Positions 1-9,101 of a stretch of DNA of 34,543 nt are shown piece after piece; the first letter of the stretch is position 1; every line of letters starts with the position of its first letter. Below the pieces are notes generated by a model, which was not told the DNA's origin, ran no database searches, and was given only the letters and a program-made list of their open reading frames with translations. Source of the stretch: an uncultured Candidatus Saccharibacteria bacterium (GTDB lineage Bacteria > Patescibacteriota > Minisyncoccia > Sungbacterales > HO2-52-23). The DNA lies in the NCBI GenBank assembly GCA_964361495.1, contig CAYIAH010000002.1:6217-40759 (forward strand). The letters are read 5' to 3'. A program made the translations under genes and the position numbers.

Positions 1-2
1 TC

Positions 3-3000
3 GCGAGAATTGATGAATTGGTGAAGCGCGCCGCGGCGCTCGACATGGGTTCCCTTGCACTCACTGACCACGGGAATCTGTACGGCGCGATTGAATTCTA
101 CCAAAAAGCCCGGAAAGCCGGCATCAAACCAATTATCGGCGTTGAAGCATATATTGCCCGCGAGCGCATGCAGGACAAGCGGCCGGGCATTGACGACAAG
201 CGTTTTCATCTCGTCCTGCTCGCCGTGACGAACGAGGGATACCACAATCTTATCCGGCTTGTCACGAAAGCGCATCTTGACGGATTTTACTATAAACCGC
301 GGCTCGATAAACAGGCGCTCCGCGAGCACAGCCGCGGTCTCATCGCGCTCTCCGGCTGTTTCAACGGCGAAATCCCGCGCGCCCTGCAGAATAAAAAGCC
401 GGAGCTCGCCCTGCGGCTCGTCGGCGAGTATCAGGAAATCTTCGGCAAAGAAAATTTTTATCTTGAAATCCAGCCGCATTTCAACTTTGAAAATCAAAAA
501 ATCATCAATGACGGCATGCGCCTCCTCTCGCAGAAAACCGCCGCTCCGTGCGTCGCCACCAACGACATTCATTATATACACGCCGAAGATGCCGAAGCGC
601 AGGATATCCTCGTTTCCGTGCAGACCGGCGCCCGATTTGAAGACGAAGACCGCCTTACCATGAAAGGCGCCAATCTTTCAATGAGAAGCGCCGAGGACAT
701 GACCGCGCTCTTCCCCGACATCCCAGAAGCGATCGCGGCGACCGAGGAAATCGCATCGCGCGCAGCGCTCCATCTTGAATTGGGCGTACCAAAACTTCCC
801 ACTTTCCGCGTTCCCGAAGGATACACGGCCGACTCCTATCTCGGGGAACTGTGCGCCAAAGGACTTCAACCAAGATACGGCGCGATGCTTCCGGAACAAC
901 AAAAGGTGGTTGCCGAACGTTTACAATACGAGCTGAAGGTCATCGGACAAACGGGATTTGCAAGTTACTTTCTCATTGTGCAGGATTTCGTGAGTTGGGC
1001 AAAAAAGAACGGCATTGTCGTCGGGCCCGGCCGCGGCTCTGCCGCGGGTTCGCTCGTCTCGTATCTTTTGGGCGTGACAAACATCGACCCTCTCAAGTAC
1101 AACCTCCTCTTTGAGCGGTTCCTCAATCCGGAACGGATTTCCATGCCCGATATTGATCTTGATTTTACCGACACCCGCCGTGATGAGGTGCTCGACTATG
1201 TCGCAATAACCTCCGGCCGCCCCCGCGGCGCCAAAATAATCACATTCGGCACCATGGCGGCGCGCGCCGCGATTCGAGATACGGGCCGGGCTCTCGGCAT
1301 CCCTTACAGTTTCTGCGATCAGATCGCGAAAATGATTCCTTTCAACCCCACCCAAGGAGAAAAATCGGGATGGCTTAAGAAAAGTCTGGAACACGTATAC
1401 GAACTCAAAGATATCTACGGCCGCGATCCGGAGGCAAAGCGTCTTATTGACGCGGCAATGAAACTTGAAGGAGTTGCGCGCCACGCATCAACGCATGCCT
1501 GCGGCGTCGTGATCTCCCCCGAGCCGCTCATTGACTCGATTCCTCTCCAATATGCGCTCCGGCACGGCGGCGCCAAAGGAGATGAAACAAACCAAGTCGT
1601 CGTGACGCAATATGAAATGCATGCGATCGAAGATCTTGGACTTCTCAAAATGGACTTTCTCGGATTGCGTAATCTTACCATCATTGAAGGCGCGCTCAAT
1701 CTTATAAAAAGCCGCCACGGAGAAACCATCAACATTGATTCCATTCCACTCGACGATCGCAAGACTTTTCAACTTTTTCAAAGAGGCGAGACGGCCGGTT
1801 TGTTCCAATTTGAAAGCGCCGGAATTACGCGCCACCTCAAAGAGCTCAAACCCACAGAATTTGAAGACCTCACCGCCATGGTCGCGCTCTACCGTCCCGG
1901 CCCCATGGAACTTATTCCGAGCTACATTAAAAGAAAACATGGCCAAGAACGCATTGAATATCTTCATCCGAAACTCGCCCCGATCTTAAAAAACACCTAC
2001 GGGATAGGCGTGTATCAGGAACAGATGATGCAGATTGCGCGCGACCTCGCGGGATTCACGCTCCCCGAGGCAGACACTCTGCGTAAAGCCATTGGCAAAA
2101 AAATCAAATCGCTCCTCAATGAACAGCGAGAAAAACTCATCAACGGCATGCAGAAAAACGGCATCGGGGCGAAGACCGCAGAAGCGATCTGGGAGCTGTT
2201 TCCTCCGTTTGCGCGCTATGGATTTAACAGGAGCCACGCAGCATGCTATGCGCTCATCGCGTATCACACCGGATGGCTGAAAGCCCACTACCCGACGGAA
2301 TTTATGACCGCGCTCCTTGCCGCGGAATCGGGCGATATCGAAAAGGCCGCATTCTTTATTGATGAAGCGCGCGCGATGGGAATTAAGGTACTCCCCCCAG
2401 ACATCAACGAGAGCGCGGCCGATTTCGCCATCGTCGGTCCTCTTCAAATTCGCTTCGGCATCGGCGCGGTGAAAAACGTCGGCAGTAATATCGTTGAAGC
2501 GATCAAGCGGGAGCGGGATACCGGCGGAAAATTTCTTTCCATCACCGATTTTGCCGAGCGGATCCATCACAAAGATTTCAATAAAAAATCGGTTGAGTCA
2601 CTCGCGAAATGCGGCGCCCTCGATTCGCTCGGCGAACGAAATCAGCTCCTTGAAAATCTTGACCTTATTCTTGAATACAATCGCGAATCGCAGCGCGCCC
2701 ATGCGGGCGGGCAGACGAGCCTCTTTAGCGCGACACCCGACATCCGCGTCACCTCTCTCGGACTGAAAGCGGCCGAGAGCGCTTCCAAACACGAGCGGCT
2801 GCAATGGGAAAAAGAGCTTCTCGGTTTGTATGTGACCGAACACCCGATACAAGACTATCTTGAAGAATTGAAAAAAAATCATGTTCTGCCGCTCAAAAAT
2901 CTTACCATCAACCTCCGGAATCAAATGGTCGCGATTGGCGGCCTTGTTGCGGACATCAAGAAAGTTATGACGAAATCCGGCCAGCCAATGCTCTTTGTAA

Positions 3001-3170
3001 AAATGGAGGACCTGACCAGCCACACCGAAGTGCTCGTCTTTCCCAAGGTGCTTGCCAGAAACCCCGGCGTCTGGCAACAGGAAAAAGTCCTCATCGTGCG
3101 CGGGAGAGTGTCTGATAAAGACGGTATCACGAAGATCCTCTGCGAAGAGGCATTTGAAATTCCCACGTAA
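3..3170 (+). CDS. dnaE: DNA polymerase III alpha subunit, 5'-truncated at contig edge
   Basis: PHP motifs (ALTDHGNLYG, KPIIGVEAY), GPGRGSAAGS, MPDIDLDF, GLLKMDFLGL, YGFNRSH and C-terminal OB fold. Frame is open back to position 3 (ARIDELVK); the usual N-terminal HLHxHS motif is off-contig. Confidence 0.97.
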   Translation, partial: ARIDELVKRAAALDMGSLALTDHGNLYGAIEFYQKARKAGIKPIIGVEAYIARERMQDKRPGIDDKRFHLVLLAVTNEGYHNLIRLVTKAHLDGFYYKPRLDKQALREHSRGLIALSGCFNGEIPRALQNKKPELALRLVGEYQEIFGKENFYLEIQPHFNFENQKIINDGMRLLSQKTAAPCVATNDIHYIHAEDAEAQDILVSVQTGARFEDEDRLTMKGANLSMRSAEDMTALFPDIPEAIAATEEIASRAALHLELGVPKLPTFRVPEGYTADSYLGELCAKGLQPRYGAMLPEQQKVVAERLQYELKVIGQTGFASYFLIVQDFVSWAKKNGIVVGPGRGSAAGSLVSYLLGVTNIDPLKYNLLFERFLNPERISMPDIDLDFTDTRRDEVLDYVAITSGRPRGAKIITFGTMAARAAIRDTGRALGIPYSFCDQIAKMIPFNPTQGEKSGWLKKSLEHVYELKDIYGRDPEAKRLIDAAMKLEGVARHASTHACGVVISPEPLIDSIPLQYALRHGGAKGDETNQVVVTQYEMHAIEDLGLLKMDFLGLRNLTIIEGALNLIKSRHGETINIDSIPLDDRKTFQLFQRGETAGLFQFESAGITRHLKELKPTEFEDLTAMVALYRPGPMELIPSYIKRKHGQERIEYLHPKLAPILKNTYGIGVYQEQMMQIARDLAGFTLPEADTLRKAIGKKIKSLLNEQREKLINGMQKNGIGAKTAEAIWELFPPFARYGFNRSHAACYALIAYHTGWLKAHYPTEFMTALLAAESGDIEKAAFFIDEARAMGIKVLPPDINESAADFAIVGPLQIRFGIGAVKNVGSNIVEAIKRERDTGGKFLSITDFAERIHHKDFNKKSVESLAKCGALDSLGERNQLLENLDLILEYNRESQRAHAGGQTSLFSATPDIRVTSLGLKAAESASKHERLQWEKELLGLYVTEHPIQDYLEELKKNHVLPLKNLTINLRNQMVAIGGLVADIKKVMTKSGQPMLFVKMEDLTSHTEVLVFPKVLARNPGVWQQEKVLIVRGRVSDKDGITKILCEEAFEIPT

Positions 3171-3183
3171 ACTGCGCTACACT
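3154..3183 (+). promoter_or_regulatory. Putative sigma70 promoter for thrS (TTGAAA-18-TACACT)
   Basis: The -10 hexamer ends 6 nt before ATG 3190; no Shine-Dalgarno sequence visible. Confidence 0.45.
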
Positions 3184-3189
3184 ATTTTC

Positions 3190-4422
3190 ATGAAAACACT
3201 GCACGAGGCCGGCGCGGAAAAACTTCCCGATAATGACCACCGCGTACTCGGCCAGAAGCTCGATCTTTTTTCATTTCACGAGGTTGCTCCCGGCGTTCCT
3301 TTCTGGCATCACAAAGGAATGAGTATCTTCAGGACGCTGGAGCACTATGCCCGTGCGGTCAACGATAAAGAAGGATATCTTGAAATTGCAACGCCGATCC
3401 TCGTAAAAAAGGAACTCTTTGAACAATCGGGTCACTGGCAGCACTACCGCGAGAACATGTTCTGGTTCCGAAACCCCCGCGATAAAAAAGAAACGCTCGT
3501 CCTCAAGCCCATGAACTGCCCGGAGTCAACATTCATCTACAATGCCGCCAAACGAAGCTACAAAGATCTTCCTCTTCGTCTCGCGGAACTCGGCCGGCTC
3601 CATCGAAATGAACGCTCCGGAACGCTCGGCGGGCTCTTCCGCGTCCGCCAACTCACCATGGACGACGCGCATATCTATGTCGAGCCCGATCGCGCTGAAG
3701 ACGAAATCGCTTCGGTCATGACCTCAATCCAACATTTCTATCTCCTGTTCGGATGGAAAGCGCGTTATATTCTCGCGACCCGCCCCGCCGACGCGCTCGG
3801 CACCAAAAAAGAATGGGGCCTCGCCGAAACAGCTCTTGCGAATGTCCTTGCAAAAATAAATGTTCCGTACGCGACCGAAAAAGGGACAGGCGCTTTTTAC
3901 GGTCCCAAAGTTGAGGTCCATATGGAGGATTCGCAGGGACGGGATTGGCAAATGGGAACCGTGCAGCTTGACCTCGCGATGCTTCCAAAACAATTCAAAC
4001 TCTCCTATATTGACGTCCGGGGAGAAAAGCAAAAACCGTGGGTGATCCATCGCGCGGTTTTCGGATCATTTGAACGATTCATTGGAATACTGCTGGAACA
4101 TTTTGCGGGTGCGCTCCCGGTGTGGCTCGCGCCGGTGCAGGCCGCAGTTGTGCCCGTGAGCGAGAAGTTTGATGCGTATACTATTGAGATTCAGAAGGAA
4201 CTTCGTGGGGAAGGAATCCGCGCGGAAATCTCCGGCGCAACCGAAACGCTTGGCAAGCGCATCCGCGAAGCGGAATTGCAAAAAATTCCTTACATTCTTG
4301 TCATCGGCGAGCGCGAGGCGGCGGCGCGCACCGTGACCGCGCGTCTCCGCGGCGTACGGGATCAGCGCGAAATGACGGTGCGCGAACTCATTGATGCTAT
4401 CAAAAAAGAAAATCCCGAATGA
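3190..4422 (+). CDS. thrS: Threonine--tRNA ligase, short form lacking TGS and editing domains
   Basis: DHRVLGQKLDLF, LKPMNCP, GLFRVRQLTMDDAH, AFYGPK, IHRAVFGSFERF, WLAPVQ and anticodon-binding domain. ATG 3190 preferred over the ORF-track start 3052, which lies inside dnaE. Confidence 0.95.
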   Translation: MKTLHEAGAEKLPDNDHRVLGQKLDLFSFHEVAPGVPFWHHKGMSIFRTLEHYARAVNDKEGYLEIATPILVKKELFEQSGHWQHYRENMFWFRNPRDKKETLVLKPMNCPESTFIYNAAKRSYKDLPLRLAELGRLHRNERSGTLGGLFRVRQLTMDDAHIYVEPDRAEDEIASVMTSIQHFYLLFGWKARYILATRPADALGTKKEWGLAETALANVLAKINVPYATEKGTGAFYGPKVEVHMEDSQGRDWQMGTVQLDLAMLPKQFKLSYIDVRGEKQKPWVIHRAVFGSFERFIGILLEHFAGALPVWLAPVQAAVVPVSEKFDAYTIEIQKELRGEGIRAEISGATETLGKRIREAELQKIPYILVIGEREAAARTVTARLRGVRDQREMTVRELIDAIKKENPE

Positions 4423-4446
4423 CGATCCGCAGTAATTGACGGACTG

Positions 4447-5403
4447 ATGCCCTCAAAACCGAAACTCATTGTTATTGTCGGCCCTACCGCGTCGGGAAAA
4501 TCAGAATGTGCGGTGCGGCTCGCAAAAAAATTCAACGGCGAAATCGTTTCAGCGGATTCCCGCCAGATTTATAAAGGTCTCAACATCGGCACCGGAAAAG
4601 TGCCGGGAAGGTGGCGAAAAGTAAAAGGCCGCGGAGAATTTTTTGTTTACAAAAAAATTCCGCACCACTGCATTGATTTTGTCCCTCCCCGCCGCATCTT
4701 CACTGCCGCGGAATATCAACAGTGCGCCAAACACGCAATCCGAGAGACCGCTCGACGGGACGCGCTCCCCTTTCTTGTCGGCGGCAGCATGTTCTGGATT
4801 GACGCCGCGGTCTATAACCTATCCTTCCCCGCGATCAAACCGCAGGAGAAACTCCGGGCGCGTCTTGCCAAAAAAAATGCGGCGGAGCTTTTAAGAATAC
4901 TCGTGAAGCTTGATCCGGAACGCGCCGCCGCTATTGAGCAAAAAAATCCGCGGCGGCTCATCCGCGCCATTGAGATTGCGCGCGCCTTCGGACGCGTGCC
5001 GAAACTCGCCAAGAAAATTCCCGCGTACGACGCGCTGTGGATCGGCCTCAACCCTTCGTATGAGATGCGATCTCGCAAGATTCGCGACCGATTGCATGCG
5101 CGTCTTCGTATGGGTTTAATCCATGAGGCCGAGCGCCTCCACGACGAGAACGTGCCTTGGAAACGTTTCTATGAGTGGGGGCTTGAATACCGGTTTCTTG
5201 CCGACTATCTTCGGGGCAAACTCGCGAAAAAAGAGATGATCGCCGCGCTTGAGCGCGCGATCAACGACTATGCGCGCCGGCAGATGGTCTGGTGGAAGAA
5301 AAATCGTTCAATCCGCTGGGTGACGAACTATCGCGATGCGGAATCGCTTTTAAAAAATTTCTTGATCACGCCCCAGCGCGTGTCTTCGCGCGCGGCATCT
5401 TGA
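4447..5403 (+). CDS. miaA: tRNA dimethylallyltransferase
   Basis: GPTASGKS, EIVSADSRQIYKGLNIGTGK, PHHCID, NPRRLIRAIE, YARRQMVW. Confidence 0.96.
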   Translation: MPSKPKLIVIVGPTASGKSECAVRLAKKFNGEIVSADSRQIYKGLNIGTGKVPGRWRKVKGRGEFFVYKKIPHHCIDFVPPRRIFTAAEYQQCAKHAIRETARRDALPFLVGGSMFWIDAAVYNLSFPAIKPQEKLRARLAKKNAAELLRILVKLDPERAAAIEQKNPRRLIRAIEIARAFGRVPKLAKKIPAYDALWIGLNPSYEMRSRKIRDRLHARLRMGLIHEAERLHDENVPWKRFYEWGLEYRFLADYLRGKLAKKEMIAALERAINDYARRQMVWWKKNRSIRWVTNYRDAESLLKNFLITPQRVSSRAAS

Positions 5404-5717
5404 TTTCTTTCTGTATGATCCTCGGGCACGACGACCACCTCTTCTCCCATCTTTTTCAGATTGAACCGCTCCTTCGCGAAACGTTCCCTTGCTTCCGGCG
5501 TTTCCAATTCCGCGCGATATGTCTCAAGTTCGCGATTGCGCTCACCGAGCGCCTCCAGTGACGCGGACATCAAAAGATACTCCCGCCGGACGATTATCAT
5601 ATCCCGCACTAATCTATACAACTGCACACCGCCAATCGCGACGGCCGCACTCAATGCAGCCGCAACGAGAACAGAGCGCGCGCGAAATTTATTTTCATTG
5701 GGTTGCGCCTCACGCAT
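5328..5717 (-). CDS. Septum formation initiator family protein (FtsB/DivIC-like)
   Basis: Single TM helix, coiled coil, then ERFAKERFNLKKMGEEVVVV, typical of FtsB/DivIC. Its 3' end overlaps the 3' end of miaA. Confidence 0.8.
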   Translation of the reverse strand: MREAQPNENKFRARSVLVAAALSAAVAIGGVQLYRLVRDMIIVRREYLLMSASLEALGERNRELETYRAELETPEARERFAKERFNLKKMGEEVVVVPEDHTERNQDAAREDTRWGVIKKFFKSDSASR

Positions 5718-5743
5718 AGGACAATTACAATAAAAATGACGCT

Positions 5744-5851
5744 ATGTTTATCAAACGCTCAAAACTCAAATTGATCTGGATGGTCATTTCTATTTTTGCG
5801 GTGATTTCAATGGTCGCCTATCTTCTCCTCCCGCTTATCGTATACCTCTAA
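5744..5851 (+). CDS. Small single-pass membrane protein, 35 aa (MFIKRSKLKLIWMVISIFAVISMVAYLLLPLIVYL)
   Basis: Hand-translated from ATG 5744 to TAA 5851: basic N-terminus plus about 24 hydrophobic residues. Fills the intergenic gap and is below the ORF-track cutoff. Confidence 0.65.
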   Translation: MFIKRSKLKLIWMVISIFAVISMVAYLLLPLIVYL

Positions 5852-5868
5852 ACATTTTTTCGCGATTC

Positions 5869-5897
5869 TTGACTCGTCATATCAATCGCGCTATCGT
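5869..5897 (+). promoter_or_regulatory. Putative sigma70 promoter (TTGACT-17-TATCGT) upstream of the dehydrogenase
   Basis: Hexamers with 17-nt spacing in the intergenic region. Confidence 0.5.
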
Positions 5898-5954
5898 GCG
5901 AACGGAACGTTCACAATGAAGGTATCCTTTTCTCTTGGAAAGGGGACAACGACT

Positions 5955-7271
5955 ATGGAACAGGCGGTCAATCTCACTGAGACCGCGCTGACGTTTTATC
6001 GCCAAGCCGCGGAACACCTCAATCTTTCGCCAAGAATCTATCAATCGCTACAGGAACCGGAACGAGTATTGAGGGTCAGGATTCCGGTTGAAATGGGTGA
6101 TGGAAGCTGTGTCATTTTTAGGGGTTGGCGCTCAATTCACAACACATGGCGCGGTCCGGGAAAAGGCGGCATCCGCTACCATCCCGACGTCACGGAGGAT
6201 GAAGTGGTCGGGCTTTCCATGTTCATGACATGGAAATGCGCCGTTGTCGGAATTCCGTTTGGCGGCGCAAAAGGCGGCATTGCGCCCGCGTGGAATCTGC
6301 TTGACGAAACAGAGCGCGCGGCGTGGAAACAGAAATTCCCCAAACGGATGTCAAAACGGGAACTTGAACAGATGACGCGCGGATATGTCCAGAAAATTCT
6401 CCCGCTTCTCGGCCCGGAAAAAGATATTCCCGCACCCGATGTATACACAGACGCCGAAACCATGGGCTGGATCATGGATGAATACAGCAAGATCATGGGT
6501 TACACGATCCCGAGCGTGGTCACCGGAAAACCGATTTCCATCGGCGGCTCGGTCGGCCGCGATGAAGCAACCGGACGCGGCTGTTATATCACGATCCTCA
6601 AAGCGCTCAAGCACCGCAGTCTCAATGGAGGTAATGCGGTTATTCAAGGATTCGGCAACGCAGGATCAAAAGTCGCCGAGCTCCTCTATAAAGACGGAAT
6701 CCAAATCATCGGGATCTCGGATTCCCGCGGAGGTATTGTCAATATGAAGTTGGGTCTTGATCCTGCGCGCGTACGTGAATTCAAAAATAAAACAGGCACG
6801 GTTGTCGGATTCCCAGATGCGGATTCATGCACAAACGAAGAACTCCTTGAACTGCCAACCACCATCCTCGTTCCGGCCGCACTCGAAGGAACGATCACGG
6901 CGCGCAATGCGAGACGCATCCATGCCTATATTATCGCTGAGGCGGCAAACGGCCCAACCACGCCCGATGCCGATCCCATACTCAATGAGAATAATGTATT
7001 CGTCATCCCGGATATCCTTGCGAATGCCGGAGGGGTAACGGTTTCCTACTTTGAATGGGTACAGGGACTTCAGCGCCTTTTCTGGGATCTCGGCCGAGTC
7101 AGGAACGAACTTGAAACGATCATGTCCAATGCCTTTGACCAAGTCGTGGCCTATGCAATCAAACATTGTGTCCCGATGAGAAACGCCGCATTCGCAGTCG
7201 CGATTAACACGGTCGCGCAAGCGGGAATTGACCGCGGTAAAAATTCCGGCAGACAGGGGAATGTCCTTTAA
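5955..7271 (+). CDS. Glu/Leu/Phe/Val dehydrogenase (likely glutamate dehydrogenase)
   Basis: GPGKGGIRYHP, MTWKCA, PFGGAKGG, DIPAPD, VTGKP, QGFGNAG, EAANGP, PDILANAGGVTVSYFEWVQ. ATG 5955 follows AAGGGG (alternative start 5916). Confidence 0.93.
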   Translation: MEQAVNLTETALTFYRQAAEHLNLSPRIYQSLQEPERVLRVRIPVEMGDGSCVIFRGWRSIHNTWRGPGKGGIRYHPDVTEDEVVGLSMFMTWKCAVVGIPFGGAKGGIAPAWNLLDETERAAWKQKFPKRMSKRELEQMTRGYVQKILPLLGPEKDIPAPDVYTDAETMGWIMDEYSKIMGYTIPSVVTGKPISIGGSVGRDEATGRGCYITILKALKHRSLNGGNAVIQGFGNAGSKVAELLYKDGIQIIGISDSRGGIVNMKLGLDPARVREFKNKTGTVVGFPDADSCTNEELLELPTTILVPAALEGTITARNARRIHAYIIAEAANGPTTPDADPILNENNVFVIPDILANAGGVTVSYFEWVQGLQRLFWDLGRVRNELETIMSNAFDQVVAYAIKHCVPMRNAAFAVAINTVAQAGIDRGKNSGRQGNVL

Positions 7272-9091
7272 TTTTTTTCATTCCGCAGCATTTTCAAGAA
7301 CACGTCGGGCGGAATAGCAACGTGAGCGCGCGCGGCAAGTTTTTCCTTGCCGCGTTTTTGTTTTTTCCAAAGTTTCATCTTTCGCGTCCGGTCGCCACCA
7401 TAGAGATACCCGGTGACGTCTTTTCGCTGGGCGGGGATGGTTTCTCGCGCAATAATTCTTCCCTCCACTTCCGCCTGAAGCGCAATTGGAAAGAGAGAAC
7501 GCGCAAGCAGCTCCTTAAGGCGCTGAACCCGACTCCTGCCGATGCGGCCGGCATCGCGGCGCGATACAATTTCTGCAAATGCCGGCACGTCCTCGCCCGC
7601 GATCAGAATCGCGACCTTCACGAGATCCCCGGGCCGATATTCAAAAAATTCATAGGCGAGCGACGCAAATCCATGAGAGATGCTTTTGAGACGATCATAA
7701 AAATCAATAATAATTCCGCGCAGCGGGGCCTCCGCGCGAAGAAACAGACGCTCGCGTGAGAGCGATACCGTGTCCTGCAGTGCGCCTTGGTAGTCCGCAA
7801 GGAGCGCGGCAACACTTCCCAGATACAGAGCAGGCGTGATAATTTCAAGCCGCGCCCACGGTTCCTCAATTACCCCGCGATCGCGCGTCTCTTCAAGCGC
7901 CGATGCGCGATAGATATGTTCATAACGCCCCTCTTTTGTCAGTATGCGGAATCCCACAGAGGGCGTTGAGAGCACCACGGGTATTTCGTATTCTCGGCGG
8001 ATCCGCTCATAGATGATTTCCATATGCAGGAGCCCGAGAAACCCAACCCGAAATCCGCGGCCGAGCGCGGCAGCGCTTTCCGGTTCAAATGAAAACGCGC
8101 TGTCTTCAAGCCGCAATTTTGAAAGGGCATCACGAAGCATTTCGTAGTGCGATTGATTCTCCGGAAAAAACGAGGCGAATACCAGCGGCCGCACTTCCTC
8201 GTACCCGGGAAGTACTGCAGCGGCCATTCTTCCAATAGACAAAGATTTCACTATATCCGCATGAACAATCGTGTCGCCTGCGCGGACCATCGCGGGCTCT
8301 TTAATGCCTGTTGCAATATATCCTATCTCACCCTCGCCAAGCATCGGTGAAGGAATGCGTTCCGGCTTAAAAACGCCGACTTCAAGCGCGGATGCGGCCG
8401 CGCCGGTCGCAAGAAAAAGAAGCGAATCATCTTTTTTTACCCCACCCTCAACAACGCGCACATGCGCGAGAACCCCATGATAAGCGTCATACTGCGAATC
8501 AAACACAAGTGCGCGTAGCTCGCCGGGCACAGAACCCGCGCGCCTTCGACCCGCTTTATCTGGCGGAGGGATTTTTTCCACGACCGCATGGAGCATATCT
8601 TCCACTCCCGTTCCCTCTTTCGCCGACACATAAAAAATTTTCTCATCCGCGCCGACTAATTCCTTCAATTCTTCTCCCACGCGCGAAGGATCCGCGGAGG
8701 GGAGATCAATCTTATTGACCGCCGGAATCACCACCAGATTTTGTCCCCGCGCGAGCGCGAGATTCGCGACTGTCTGCGCCTGTATGCCCTGCGTCGCATC
8801 CACCAAAAGAATCGCGCCCTCCACTGCGGCGAGCGCGCGAGAGACCTCATACGAAAAATCAACGTGCCCGGGCGTATCAATTAAATTCAAAATAAAGTTC
8901 TTCCATCTCATCCGCACGGGCTGCATTTTAATCGTAATCCCCTTTTCCCGTTCGAGCGGATGCATATCAAGATACTGCGCACGCATCTTCCGTTTCTCAA
9001 TCGTTCCGGTCAGTTCCAAAAAACGATCGGCAAGAGTACTCTTCCCGTGATCCACATGCGCGAGTATGCAAAAATTGCGAATGAGGTTCAT
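7268..9091 (-). CDS. lepA: Elongation factor 4 (LepA)
   Basis: IRNFCILAHVDHGKSTLADR, REKGITIK, DTPGHVDF, GFLGLLHMEI, YGGDRTRKMKL. Start at MNLIRNF. Confidence 0.96.
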   Translation of the reverse strand: MNLIRNFCILAHVDHGKSTLADRFLELTGTIEKRKMRAQYLDMHPLEREKGITIKMQPVRMRWKNFILNLIDTPGHVDFSYEVSRALAAVEGAILLVDATQGIQAQTVANLALARGQNLVVIPAVNKIDLPSADPSRVGEELKELVGADEKIFYVSAKEGTGVEDMLHAVVEKIPPPDKAGRRRAGSVPGELRALVFDSQYDAYHGVLAHVRVVEGGVKKDDSLLFLATGAAASALEVGVFKPERIPSPMLGEGEIGYIATGIKEPAMVRAGDTIVHADIVKSLSIGRMAAAVLPGYEEVRPLVFASFFPENQSHYEMLRDALSKLRLEDSAFSFEPESAAALGRGFRVGFLGLLHMEIIYERIRREYEIPVVLSTPSVGFRILTKEGRYEHIYRASALEETRDRGVIEEPWARLEIITPALYLGSVAALLADYQGALQDTVSLSRERLFLRAEAPLRGIIIDFYDRLKSISHGFASLAYEFFEYRPGDLVKVAILIAGEDVPAFAEIVSRRDAGRIGRSRVQRLKELLARSLFPIALQAEVEGRIIARETIPAQRKDVTGYLYGGDRTRKMKLWKKQKRGKEKLAARAHVAIPPDVFLKMLRNEKN

Positions 9092-9101
9092 GGTATCCGT
9101 C

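Noticed and set aside
1200-1245. DGR-type variable region in dnaE
   Set aside because: The inferred changes are not adenine-specific, and there is no reverse transcriptase or template repeat in the window.
3-3170. Intein in DnaE
   Set aside because: Length is ordinary and motifs are collinear; no C...HN-flanked insertion was seen.
3052-3189. Longer thrS N-terminus from the ORF track
   Set aside because: It overlaps dnaE out of frame and does not resemble TGS or editing domains.
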